DNA of 64,000 nucleotides from Antedon mediterranea (lineage: Eukaryota > Animalia > Echinodermata). The stretch covers positions 15,534,948 through 15,598,947 of the forward strand of contig NC_092673.1 of assembly GCF_964355755.1 (NCBI RefSeq). The letters run 5' to 3'. Both the position numbers and the translations under genes were made by a program. Shown piece by piece: positions 1 through 12,925 of the stretch. The stretch's first letter is position 1. Every line of letters begins with the position of its first letter. The notes beneath the pieces are model-generated. The model had not been told where the DNA came from. It searched no databases and worked only from the letters and a program-made list of their open reading frames with translations.

Positions 1-181
1 TATATTATAATAGAATGACTACGTTGACTGTATATGATTTTACACTCTAGCGAACACAGGATATTCGTCGTCTTCCCCTAACTGCCATGTTTCGTAAAGT
101 CCATATTGGCAAGCTACTCAACAACCAACTATTTAAATGGTTTATTTAAAAGAAATAACAGCTCTTCACAAAATATTGCAC

Positions 182-1161
182 CTGTATGTACAAGTAAATG
201 AGGTATAAGATTTTGTTGGCGTAGAACATGACAAACTGCTGGGATTGGTGAGAACACTTCTTCCATTTTGATGTCAAAACCAAGTTTAGTCAGCTTCGTA
301 ACAAGAACTTGACGAGTGCAAAGTGTCTCGTTTGTGCAGAATCGTACTTTAAGACCTGCCGACTTCAACCTTCAACAGAAATAAATAACAAATGCATGTT
401 TCTTTATAATTCTTGATGTTCTATTAAATTTCCAAACAATGTGCAGTAAACTATGTGTTTGAAAATTAAAATGAGAAGAATGCACTAACGCGCTGGATTG
501 ATTCTAGCACATGAAAATATTTGCTGGAGTCTTGGTAAAACTATGGGCTGAGGTGCCTGAAATAGTAAATTCTATTGATGCTATCATGGTCTAACTTTAG
601 ATTTTAATTAATTAATTGAATTAATTCAATATTATACATCTTTTTTTATGAGTCTTTGTTTATTTATTATTTTAATGGATACTTAGTGGGCCTGCTATCA
701 CAATCCTTTCATCTACCTTAAATTTATTCTTATATTTATACTTGTGATGATTACCATACACTTTTTATTGATGTGTATGGTATTGGTTTTTATGAATAAA
801 GAGATTGATTGATTTTAATTTGTTGATGGGCTTTAGCCCCAAAGGAAATAGTGTGCAGTAACTTTGTATTGTAAGGCCAGAGAGAAAATACAATGGTTTT
901 TGTCTCAAAATGTCGGTGATTTTGGTAAACATTTCTTTATTTGATTTAGATGCTGGGGCAAATTCGCACACATGTGATGACAATTTTAAAGTTTCCTATG
1001 GCCTTTAGTGCTCACCTGTTGACAGCTTGCACGGAGCCTGGTATTGCTACACCACCATCATCAGAGCTATTGTACAGAACACCTGAGATGTCCAGCAAAA
1101 TTCCTTGTATATCTTTAGATGATTTATACCAGTCACCTTCATGGTATCCACTACTGGCCAT
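182..1161 (-). CDS. LHPP: LHPP (phospholysine phosphohistidine inorganic pyrophosphate phosphatase, HAD class IIA), first two coding exons; gene continues beyond the left edge
   Basis: Exon 1 (1161-1016) reads MASSGYHEGDWYKSSKDIQGILLDISGVLYNSSDDGGVAIPGSVQAVN and ends at donor GTGAG. Exon 2 (369-182; acceptor TTGAAG, donor GTGCAA) continues in phase as RLKSAGLKVRFCTNETLCTRQVLVTKLTKLGFDIKMEEVFSPIPAVCHVLRQQNLIPHLLVHT. LLDISGVLY and RFCTNE are characteristic of LHPP. Confidence 0.9.
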
Positions 1162-3514
1162 GTCTTATCTCATCAGTATCTGTGTTAAACAATAAGATCT
1201 TTATCACTTTATTGACTAGACCTAGTCCTACGGGTGTTTCGAAAACAGAGACCCCAACAAAAACCTCCCAACATCCGGTAACTGTATTTGTTTATCACAC
1301 TCACTGTATTAAAACAAACTTTCTACTTTGATGTTATTCTTTCTTCTTTTCTATATCTAGAACATTTTACAGTACAATTTAATTTAATTATTTTTTACAA
1401 ACCATGAAAATTAAGGGTTCCAACCAAAAACATAACAATATACATATAGACAGTACTGTATATCAGAATCCTCATGGTGGAATCTTGAAGTAAACGAACA
1501 GGTTCCTGGCCTAATTTCATGAAAGTTCATCACGTTAAAATCCTGTTATTTTGGTAAAATCCGATTGGGATCCTGGCATCATTTTGTTGAGAAAAACTAA
1601 AGATTGAGAAGCTTTCATTGTATAATTTTTTTTAATGTCGCCCTCTACTAATTAGTGTTTCTAAAGCTAAGACCATGACAGAGAGAAGACGCAAAAGCCA
1701 AGGAAGACCCTATGAAATGGTAGTGTTTACAACATACAACTAAAAAGCATACAAACTCAATGATAACACCATACATTTACTTACAGAATCTGTAAACATA
1801 TTGTTGTCTTTGGTATTTTGATTTTTTTTAAATTTTTTTGTTTTCGGTAATTAGACTAGGCCTAACCCTAAGATGTTGAGAAGTTTTTTTTTCTATTTTC
1901 GAGACATCCCCCCCCCCCCCCCCGCCCGCGATTTTTTTTTTCGTACATAAGTTGGGGACCCCCTCATGAAACGTCACAAAATAAACATGAATAATTCATC
2001 AGTTAAATTTTCTTGTTCCGTGTGCACCCAAGCGTATCGCAACAAGAAGTGATTACACAAGTGCGGTACGATTCTAGGCCTAATCTCCGCTGTGGTTGCC
2101 GCCGCTCCCGCGTGCGATTTCATAAAAGAATAGCGGCGTTTTGTGTGGATTGTCGAAATAATCAGCCTTTAGTTTATGGTGTTTTTAATATAATTTATTA
2201 CTAAAGAATTACGTGTTAAAATTATAGTTTCTATTAATACTATTAGGCCTAATTATTAGTCTCTAAACCCATGTCTATTCTAGTAGTAGTAGCTGTGTGT
2301 GTGACGTGTGTGTGTTAGGTATGACACAGTCCGACTGTCCGAGTAATAAGTCAGCAAAATTAAACAATAAACATTACACAAAAATACATTTTTTATTCTC
2401 ATGGGTCTAATCTTCCCATCTCATGTGTTCATATACGCGCATTTTTAAAGTTCCTTTGAGTAGCCTACATGCGCGCATATTGTTTGATAATAAAATAGCA
2501 GAATTAAAAAATACATACATATAGGCCTATTATTAATAGGCTACTACTAGGCTAGTCTACAGTATAATTATTGTAGTGTAAATAATAAATTAATATAGCC
2601 TACCTAGCTAGGCCCCCTGCTGGGCCTAGCCTACTAGAGGACCAGGAGGGTAGGCCGTTTTTAGGCATAACCAGGCTAGTATAGTTATATATTATTATTA
2701 TTATTATTATATTTTGTCCTTTTTGGCGTTGCATGAACTTTGCAATTCCATAACCGGCGGCCGAGAAATGACTGGCGGCCGAAATGATCAGACACCGGCC
2801 TAGCTAGGCCCTAGCTAGGCCTAGGCTAGCTCCAGTACTGCTAGAACTAGGCTATAGCATATATGAAGGCCCTAATAATGTAACCTGTCCTAATATACAC
2901 TCATTTGAATAAATACCTAGGCCTACGCTAGACTTATTTAGAGTACACACACACAGTCGATCCCCAATCATCAATTCAATTCATAACAACATGCTTTGCC
3001 TATTTTTTGCTAACTAACTTGATGATAGGTGGCGTAATTGTTGTTTTTTTTAGAGCTAGCGCGCAGAGAGCAGCCATACTGTTGACAGTGTGTGTGACGT
3101 AAGTATAACTAGTAACCAATCACCAGGCCGCACCACTCTACAATAACATTTTCTAATAAATAGTTTTAGAGAATCATGAAAAAATCCTCAGTCTAGTCAC
3201 AAAAAAATTGCAAACACCGGAACAATATGAAATTCAAATGTATTTACAGTATATCATTATCGAACAACAATAAAATATAGGTTATTTTGACTTCTGAAAT
3301 TGTATAATAGTAACTATACCATGGAAATGGTCTCAAACTTTTCATACAGATAATACATGCATATTTTTATTTGTGATAATGGATTATTTTAATTTTTGAA
3401 TAATAATAATAAACTGGATTAGTATATTTTAAAGAGTCTAATCATCTGATTCATCATTAATAATAACCAATTTCTCCAAATTTTGTGACTGTAATCTCCA
3501 CATGCTGTTTAGCA

Positions 3515-3620
3515 ATTTTTCAGTCGCGTTAAAATGCGCACTACATGTCGGTCGGTCGATCAGTCGGTCGGGCAGTAAATACTAATTTAAATTTGCGCTC
3601 GCGACTGCAGCCATGTATAT
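3515..3620 (+). mobile_element. Short degenerate Helentron/HINE-like non-autonomous element fragment
   Basis: TTTTTCAGTCGCG start, (GTCG)n microsatellite and inverted CGCGACTG; layout resembles HINE/DINE-type elements (family inferred). Confidence 0.35.
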
Positions 3621-4082
3621 TATGTCCTTGTTTTGGCACTTTATATGTTGTCCTTTTTGTCCATCTTATTCTGTGTATGTGCTATTTTCATACATTTTGT
3701 GCAAAAAAAAAACAAATGGGCAACAATATTTAAGATAGTAGGCATATATCCATACAGTCAATCAACCATTCAATAAAAGAGTTATTTCCAAAGAATCGTG
3801 GATATACCTAGAAAGCACATACTTGTGCCAGGACGCCATTAAAAAAACAGACAAAATGAGAGAAAAACATATATCACAAAAATATAAAAAGCATGTTGTA
3901 CATTCATGGAAAATCGGGAAAATCGTGTATTTGTTATGGATACGGTTTTTTCCCCGCTGAAACAAATGTAGAGCTTTGTTTAATATACTTCAAGAAACAA
4001 CATAAAAGCTAATTTTCGGTAGGCCTACTGTATGTTATTTTTCATAGTAATGATTTTTTCATTCAGTTTCATCTGACATAAT

Positions 4083-4305
4083 GCCGTGTTTCCGCAGCCA
4101 AAACAAAAAAGTATAATTTTTTAACCAATAAAGTGCGCATGATCAGTCATTATCAAACAATCAGTGACCCAACCAATCACATCGCAACCATTTGTCTTTC
4201 AGGTCAAAGGTTAAAAATTATCGCATGTATCCGATAATTATCTGATTTGAATGAGATAATCATCGGTAATTTGTATCGATTAATTTTTGGCTGCGGAAAG
4301 ACGGC
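4083..4305. mobile_element. MITE with 21-bp terminal inverted repeats
   Basis: GCCGTGTTTCCGCAGCCAAAA (4083-4103) vs TTTTGGCTGCGGAAAGACGGC (4285-4305), 1 mismatch. Confidence 0.65.
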
Positions 4306-4329
4306 CGTAGTAGCAGAGTAACTCTGGTT

Positions 4330-5000
4330 GATTTACCTCACCACCTATCCCTTCGCATCCGGTACCTGGCCACGTACAGGCTTGGCTAGGTTCCATGATT
4401 TTCATCCCAACTTTGTTCTCTCTTTTTCTACTGTCCGTCTCCATGTTGTTTTTGGACGTCCAACTTTTCTCCTCCCTTCAGGACACCATGTTAAAGCTGT
4501 CATACAATGGTAGTTATCCATTTCCATCGCCTTCCCTTCATTTCTTCGCTTATTTTTCTCATGTTGGTTTTGATAATATTTCATTATTTGAAATGACATA
4601 TGGCCATCTTATCTTCAATATTCTTCGCAAACATTTGAATTGAAATGTGTCAAGTATCTTGTTGTCCCCTTCTGTTATTTTCCATGTCTCAGCCGTAAAG
4701 TAACACTGATATAACAAGGAATAGATGTTGGAACTCCATATCTTTTTCAGTTTCATAAATGCCCCCATTGCTTTGCGAAGCCTGTTCTTCATATCTTCTC
4801 CCCTTCTTGCAGTAGCACCTAACTAAGTATATTTGTTCACCTCATTTAGTTGTTTCCCATCTATTGTTATCATGGTGTTCGATCGACTGTTTATCCTCAA
4901 CACTGTTTTCTTTGTGTTTATCCTTAAACCAGTCATTGCTGCATATTTGTGTAATTTGGTCATTTTGGTTTGCATTTGATGTACAGTTGATGACAAACAA
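4330..5000 (-). mobile_element. RTE-clade non-LTR retrotransposon 3' remnant (frameshifted)
   Basis: Peptide fragments ETWKITEGDNKILDTFQFKCLRRILKIRWPYVISNNEIL and TALTWCPEGRRKVGRPKTTWRRTVEKE are typical of the RTE ORF C-terminus. Confidence 0.8.
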
Positions 5001-6589
5001 ACAATGGTTGATCTGGTTGATTTGACACCGGTTTATTGGTCACTTTAATTGTTTTGAATATTATTTGTGTATCTGATATTATATTCATGTTGAAAACTTC
5101 TGGTTTTATTCTCTAGTTGTGCCGTGATTCTTATATCTGATCAGATTTGTTTGGGTATAAACTTATTCGGTAGTTATCAGACATATATGCTATGGATGTG
5201 CTGTCTAGTAAAGAAATGCTGAATACAGATTTAGAAAAAAGGGCCCAAAAATCAACTTGAAAAGTTTTTATCTAAAAAATAATTAGGATAGACCGCCCAT
5301 TGCATGGTCGTAACTTTTTTTTTGTCTTTTGTCTGTGGTCTAAATGTTTGTTATGATAGTTATACATTAAAAGAATCAACTGAAGTGATTTGACACAATG
5401 ACTCGGTAATTATGTGGTCGCAAGTAAATGCAGACTAATAGGCCATTCACAGTGGGGTTGGAAATTAGAAAGAATCCATCTAGCTCTGTTTAAGCACCCA
5501 ACAACCTGTTATTTTATGTTGTAAACAATTTAAAACAAAATACAAGCCTCCACAGTTAGCGGTTGCCAAGATATGCAATCATATTAATTTACAGTACCTT
5601 AGGCCATTTTAATAAAAAGAAATTTAATAAAAGAAATTTTAATAAAAGAAAAACGCGTTTCAAAATTGTCCCCAGGATGGATTTATATCGATTTTGGATA
5701 TGTTATTCTCCATAAAATTCCACTTCCAATGAGGTAAAAATTTCTTTTATACCATTTTTTCCCGGTTAAACCCTTCAACTACCAGACTATGATGATAACA
5801 CAATGCACTACAATAATATTAAATAGGAGGAAAAAACATTGTAATGATTACAATCATTTTGGTTCATTCATTTTTAGACGCCAAATAAATATAATGATAG
5901 TGTTGCTTTTAATTTTAAATTTACATTCTTATTTAGTTTAGGTGTGCAATTAAAAGCAAATGTAGACAAAAACTATAATGTTTCGAATCGGTGCGTGAGA
6001 AATGTACTCAGAAACTTAGACTAGGCAAAAGGGGCTTCAGTTTATACGTCCTTCTACTAAGTTTATACTCCTCAGTGTATATGTTTGCCACTCAAGCTCC
6101 CTATCCACCTGTCCTGACTATTGTGCAATAACATTTTAGATCAAAATTCCGGCTTTGAATTATATAGTATTAAATGGTAAAACTCTGTCATAGCCGCACA
6201 GCGCAAAGTTACGTGCGAGTTTACGAAATTCTCTGATAAATTCAAAACAAAAATACATTTAACTTGACTTCGTAATATGGTGCAAGTTTCACGTGTTTGC
6301 GTGTTACGCGCAATAACAAATTATATTAATTTTGCGCACGTTTCAGGTCATATTGAGCATTTCAAAATGTTAATTTTGTTTGCGTTGCATGTGCGTACTT
6401 GTGCACACAGCCAGTATATAGCGTAGAAATGCCGTCTTAGTCGTTGATTTTTGTTCTTCAAACCTTTTGTGATAAATTCCATTCATTTTTATGTACTTTA
6501 ATTGCAAAATAACAACGCACATTTGTGGATGATTTCTGCTATGTTTGGCTTAATTATATTCAGAAAATTTATTTCTCTTCTCTTTTCTA

Positions 6590-7497
6590 TTAACAGTGTT
6601 TGTAAAAAAAACAATTTTAAATAAGAGAGGCGAACCCCAGAAAGTGTAAACTTGTGGTGGGCTGCCAAAAAATAAAAAATATCAAAAAATCATTAAAAAA
6701 ACCAAAGTAAACAAAAATAACCGATTGAAAATATCAATGAAATTTGAATTAATATTATTTAGGATTCAGTGATTATGTGGATAATAGATGCCTTTTTAGC
6801 TTAAAAGTGAAATGTTTTTTTGTTGGCGATTCGGTTATGTATTTGGGTAAGTTGTTCCAATATTTTGGCCCTGAAAACTGAATGTTATGTTGGAAAGATA
6901 GTGTTTTGTGTAATGGAATATGTATTTTATTTGAGGTTCTTGTGTTATGACTATGATAGTTGAAATTGAATTTGAACAGGGGTTGAAATTGAGCGGGGAT
7001 TAGGGAATTTAACCAAGAGTATACAAAAATACATTGTTGAAGGCAATTTATATCGTCAATTTTTAAAAGGGAAAGAGATGCAAACAACGGATCTGAGTGG
7101 GCTCTTGGAGGCGAGTTTGAAATGTTTCTAATACATTTTTTTTGTAGTAAAAGAAGTTTGTTTAGGTACGACGGATAAGTGTTCCCCAGACAATATTGCA
7201 ATAGTGGAGATAAGGAAGAATAAGGGAGCAATAGATAGTTCGAAGGATGTTTTGAGGAATATATGCTGAAAGTCTGAAAATAATACCAGAACTTTTAGAT
7301 ATTTTGTTTTCGATTTCGTTAATATGGGCTTTCCAGGTCAATCTACTATCTAAATAGACCCCAAGAAATTTTGTTTTATTCACTAATGGTATTTGGTAAG
7401 TGCCAAACTGGAGTTGGTTTGGGCATCCTACTAGTGGTTTGGGCGAATTCCGAAAAATCATAAAATTGCACTTCTTAAAATTTACGGAGAGGTCCAT
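6590..7497 (-). mobile_element. CR1/L2-group LINE 3' remnant (RT C-terminus and 3' UTR), frameshifted
   Basis: KFLGVYLDSRLTWKAHI...SLILPYLHYCNIVWG and AHSDPLFASLSLLKIDDI...FSGPKYWNNLP motifs. Confidence 0.85.
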
Positions 7498-7539
7498 CTT
7501 CTTTCGATAGAGTGTGGCAGGGTTAAGGGGGCTTTTTGG

Positions 7540-7685
7540 CCCATTATAAACCCATGTGTTTATTTATCTCTTTCTTAAAGCAGAGTAGGTTTGGAGCAGA
7601 TATTGCACTTTGTGGTAAGTTGTTCCAGTCATTCACTACACGCTGGCTGTAGAAGAATTTCCTACTGTCCAGATTTGGTTTTTCT
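7540..7685 (-). mobile_element. Very short CR1-type LINE ORF2 C-terminal fragment
   Basis: Minus strand reads KPNLDSRKFFYSQRVVNDWNNLPQSAISAPNLLCFKKEINK. Confidence 0.65.
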
Positions 7686-7699
7686 AATAATAATAATAA

Positions 7700-9752
7700 T
7701 AATGGAGACATAAGTAACCCCGACGATATAATAAATGAAGAAAAACGATTCTATGAATCATTATATAGTTTTAAAGTCACAAATAACAATGTCAACACTG
7801 CTGATATTTTTGACACGATACACATAGATAAAATCAACAAAGATGATGAATTTATATGTGACCAGCCCCTTAGAGATACTGAATGTTTAGAAGCATTAAA
7901 AACGATGGATAACAATAAAACCCCTGGGACAGATGGTTTTCCTGCCGAGTTTTATAAACTATTTTGGAATGATATAAAGGATACGCTAATTAACGCTTAC
8001 CATTATTCTTTCCAATCCGGGTTTTTAAGTATCTCCCAGAAACGAGGGGTGATATCACTTGTACCGAAGAAAGGTAAATCTCCGCTATTATTGAAAAACT
8101 GGCGTCCTATCTCGTTTTTAAATGTAGATTATAAAATCTTAGCAAAAGCCATTGCGACTCGTTTAAAAAGTCTGCTGCCATCAGTAATTAATCCTGATCA
8201 AACGGGCTTTCTCAAAGGCAGATATATTGGGTAAAACATAAGATTAGTCTATTATGTAATAGAATATGCAGAAATGCACAACAAGCCAAACTTACTGTTT
8301 TTTGTAGATTTCGAAAAGGCTTTCGATAAGGTGAAATGGGATTTCCTTCCAATCACCAGATTGTAAATTCAATTCCAAAGCTCTGGAAACAGAAATTAAT
8401 TGTGAACAAGGTGTAGACACAACTAATAAAGTTGAATCTAAATTACAACCTCTTAAGAGATTTGGTTTTGGTAAAAATATGATAAATTGGATAAAAATAT
8501 TATATAAAGACATTGTTAGTTGTGTTGTAAATAACGGGATAACCTCAAAATTTTTTAATTTAAAACTACGTCAAGGATGTTCCTTATCCCCATATCTTTT
8601 TATAATTCGTGCAGAAACACCAGGTAACATGGTACGTCAATCAGACACATTTAAAGGTATAGAGTACAATAATGTAGACATAAGAATTAGCCAATTTGCA
8701 GATGACACTGTGTTTTTTCTCAAAGACCAAAACTCAATTAAACCGATTATAGATATACTTGATGAATTTTCTATATATTCTGGACTCAGAATTAATTATG
8801 AAAAAAGTAGCATTATGAGAATAGGATCGTTAAGAAACTGCGACTATAAAACGCCATCTGAGAAAAGTATTTCATGGACCAAAGGCCCAGTAAAATACTT
8901 GGGTGTTAATATTTCTTGTATTTATACTGATATTTTCAGACTCAATTTTCCAGATAAAGCTAAGGATGCTGAACCATTAAATATGTGGAAACAACGCTCG
9001 CTTACTTTATTTGGAAAAGCAACTATTATTAAGTCACTGTTTCTCCCGATATTCACGTATGTTTTCTCAAATTTACCAGACCCACCCGATTGTTTCCTTC
9101 AAGATATTCAAAGTAAAATATTTAAATTTATATGGAACGGAAAACCCGATAAAGTCAAAAGAAAAGTCATGCTTAACAATTTTGATGAAGGAGGGTTAAA
9201 AATTCCCCATATTAAGAGTTACTGTAAACTGTCTCTCAAATCATGTTGGGTGAAAAGATATCTTGATTGAAATCAATCCAAGTGGAAAGTGTTTTTAAAA
9301 AGTAAGATTAAAGAGGTTGGAGAAATATTGTTTTCGAAACCAACTGTTCTAAATCTTCAAAAATATTAAAACAATTTGAAAGGTTCCATAAAGATATACT
9401 CTCTGCGTGGAGTGAATACAATTTTGTAGAACCGTATACGATAGAGGACATCTTAAATCAATCTTTATGGAACAACTCATGTTTTGATAAAAGAGAATTT
9501 AAAGTTGAAAAAAATTGGTTGGTTCAAAATGTAAACTATGTAAAAGATATCGTGAACAAAGAAGGGAAAATATTAGAACTAGACGAATTTAACCATAAAT
9601 ATAATTTTAAACCAAACTTCTTATTATATCACCAGATTGTAAATTCAATTCCAAAGCTCTGGAAACAGAAATTAATTGAACAAGGTGCAGACACAACTAA
9701 CGAAGTTGAATCTAAATTACAGACATGTATGCATTTATTTGTCTCAAAATAG
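7700..9752 (+). mobile_element. L1/Tx1-clade LINE ORF2 remnant (RT domain with stops and frameshifts)
   Basis: KTPGTDGFPAEFYK, KNWRPISFLNVDYKILAK, LRQGCSLSPYLF, ISQFADDTVFFL, KYLGVNI, FIWNGKPDKVKR motifs in order; disrupted. Confidence 0.9.
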
Positions 9753-10265
9753 AAAAAATGTAGCCCTTTCGTCGGGGAACCTAGCCCCCCGTCGGGGAAC
9801 GCGAGTACATTTTGTCAGGGAATATAATATACAGTAAAATCATTCGCGTTCACTTCGTAGCTTTAGCGTCTAGAAAACCGTGACGTTCCATTTTTTGTTT
9901 AGTACGTCGGAGGGCTATTACACTTTATATGCATGGATTATTGCCAGCGATCTAATAACAATAGGTCCACACTTGTCTGGCGGTGTTGCTTTGTACGAAT
10001 CGTTTAACATGTTTACACGTGATATCATGTTCCCTCCAGAGGGACCAGAATGTGTACTGTAGTTAGTTTCCAGACGTTATGTCGTGTACTGTGTATCGGC
10101 GTACGCTATACAGCAAAAGGGTACGAATTATTGTTCGCGATCTATTGTTCGTATATTCAATTTTCGCGCCGCGGATTTAACCAGCTATATCTCCAGATGA
10201 CTACTCATTTCAAATTTTTGTTATTTCTCAGTCCCAACCAGCATGGTAAGGCTGGTTCTGGAGAC

Positions 10266-10520
10266 GGGTCTAGGACAACTACCCGCTGGACAACTACCAC
10301 CCGGACAACTACCACCCGGACAATAACCCCCTGGACAATCAGTCTCCTAGGACAACTACGGTACCCCCTACGACAATTACCCCCTAGGACAATTACTCCC
10401 TAGGACAACTACCCTCTACGACAACTACCCCCTAGGACAACTACCCTCTAGGACAACTACCCTCTAGGACAATTACCCCCTAGGAAAACTATCCTCTAGC
10501 TACCCACTAGGAACAACTAT
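10266..10520 (+). repeat. 18-19 bp tandem repeats (GGACAACTACCCCCTA-type), left arm
   Basis: About a dozen degenerate units directly visible. Confidence 0.9.
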
Positions 10521-12057
10521 AAGCCAAAATATGTTTAAAATGGTGGCCATCTTGGATTTTAACATGGCGGCTGAAAAAGAATATTTACAACTTTAATAAC
10601 AATATAATAATTTTGAATCCTCAGAATAAAAAACATAGGTATATACACCATTTTTAACTTGCTACGTCACTTAAAAGTCAAGTTATAAGCCAAAATAAGT
10701 CTGAAATGGCGGCAATTTTATTTTTCACATTTTAAGGGTTAAGATCTAAAAATAGAGCCGGGTAAACAACAGATTTGAATTCAGCACCCCAAATTTACCC
10801 TAAAACACATGTTTTTTCGCTTTTACCACGAAATGCCTACAGCATTTCATTTTCTCAAATCTGGACTAGTCTACTACAGCTTTGGACAACTACGATTGGT
10901 AACCAGATTAACAAGCTGCTTCTTTTGGTGCCAATTGTATTGTAAAATCAAATTGTGTGTGAAGAGGGGACTACGATGGCGTTATACCACACTGTATTTA
11001 ACAATATTTGACGTGAAGTTATTAAAATATCAACGTATGTACCTAAGATTTGTAGTCTATTTTGTAATAACTGTAGCGTTATTTATTTTTTTAAAACTTC
11101 TAGGACAAACTATGAAAAACGATTTCCTAAATTGGCGCAGTTAGCTATGTTTTCATAATAGGAAGACTAAGAAATATATGAACCTGTCAAACGGGGGAGA
11201 GAGAGAGAGAGAGATTTCAAATCGTCTAATCTAAAGTCAAATTAGGCTGTTCTGTTCTGTAGAAAACGAATTTGAATAAAATGAAATAAGTAGAAAGTCA
11301 TAAACAGATCATGGATATAATTATTCGTTAGGTTCTAAAAACGTTTATTGTCCCATTTTCTCAGGAGTGGGGAGAAAATGTAAAAAACAAATCAATTAAA
11401 GTTCTTCTATGAAATAGTAACAGCCAAACCAATATTACATTATTACTGGTCTTGTAGTAGTAAACGTATAATGATCAAGCCCGTAGCCAGGATTTTTACA
11501 GGGGGGTTCTTTTTTCCCAAAAAGGCACCTCTAGTTTGACGGAAATGTCACTCACTCTGTTGTGCGCTAGCAAGCAGAGGATCGTAGCATAATGTTATTC
11601 GACCGGTAATAAAACATACGCGACTAACAATAGGCCTATAGGATAAAATTTTTGTTTTCGTTCAATGCGAACGTCACGGGAAAGTTCCCGATGAAGGTAC
11701 TTCTGGTACGGTATTACATTCTAATTAGTAACTGTACTCAATTATTGTAAATGTATTAGCAATTAATAATTTTAAAAAGTTATACAAAAAATATGAAGCT
11801 GCTGCTATAAATATATTGCGCAAATCGTGTTATTGTGTTATTTTCAATTAAATGCTAAATAAAGTCAGATGTTAAAACCACAATATCAAAAATTCATTTT
11901 TTATTTATCCACTATAAACTTTAAAAAAGTGTTGTTTAAACCACACTCCAAAAATAAAACAAAGAAAATTATGATATGACATTTGCAGAAGGAAGCAAAC
12001 TTTGCTCTGCTATCGGTATAACACGGTTCAAATTTCGGAACTTCCATAAATTACTAC

Positions 12058-12925
12058 GGAAATTCGGCCTAATATTTACGGAAGTGAAGTTAAATAGGAT
12101 ACTACACGCATCGGAAAAAAAACTATACGCACAATTATGATTTGGCCTAAAAATTGGCCTTAGATTATGGAAAACCCCCGGCAAAACGCAATAATTATGG
12201 AAAAATCGATTATCAGCCTTGGTAATAATATGCCTAATATTTAAAAGGAATGAATATAAGCTATATTTTTGTTTTGTCGCAAAGTTCATATATGTACGTG
12301 AATGCTTGATCCATTAGAGGTAATCTGTGATAGTTTTTATTGCTTGTATTATAACACAAGTTCATTTTTGGATTTTCAGTAAATTACCAATGGTTTATTT
12401 AAGGTCAACACACTGTAACTAATCCCTCACTATTCAATCAAAAATTATTATACTACCATTGTTGAAAAATGGACTGCGTGATATCAAAATGGATTGATTT
12501 AAAACATAACAAAGATACGACCTTGTCTGGTATTTATGCAGTGATGAAGCGGAGGATTGTTTTTGTAGCGTTCCATTTAAAATAATTTTTTTTTGTGAAA
12601 TATTTTTGTTGTGAAGGTCGCTAAATTTGTTGGCGCCAGACTTTACTTCTTTTACCAATTTTAACAATAAGCTGACAACCAAACATTGAACAATGATAAA
12701 ATGCCGTAAAACTCTGTAACTACTTTATGACTAAGTCTATCAAGTTCCGAGTTTGCTCAGCTACCGACGCGGTAGAATAATTCTCTGTTAATTCTGAAAT
12801 TCGCCCTAATATTACGGACGTACGTATACGGAAATGAAGATAAACTGGGTACTACACGGAAAAATAAAACTATACGCAAAACTATGATTTGGCCTTAAAT
12901 TATGAAAAAACGCAATAATTATGAA
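12058..12925 (+). repeat. Diverged direct repeat pair (~130-150 bp)
   Basis: GAAATTCGGCCTAATAT...ACTATACGCACAATTATGATTTGGCC at ~12060-12200 is similar to ~12796-12925. Confidence 0.55.

Noticed and set aside
950-1331. Plus-strand ORFs of 81 and 70 aa
   Set aside because: Antisense shadow of LHPP exon 1.
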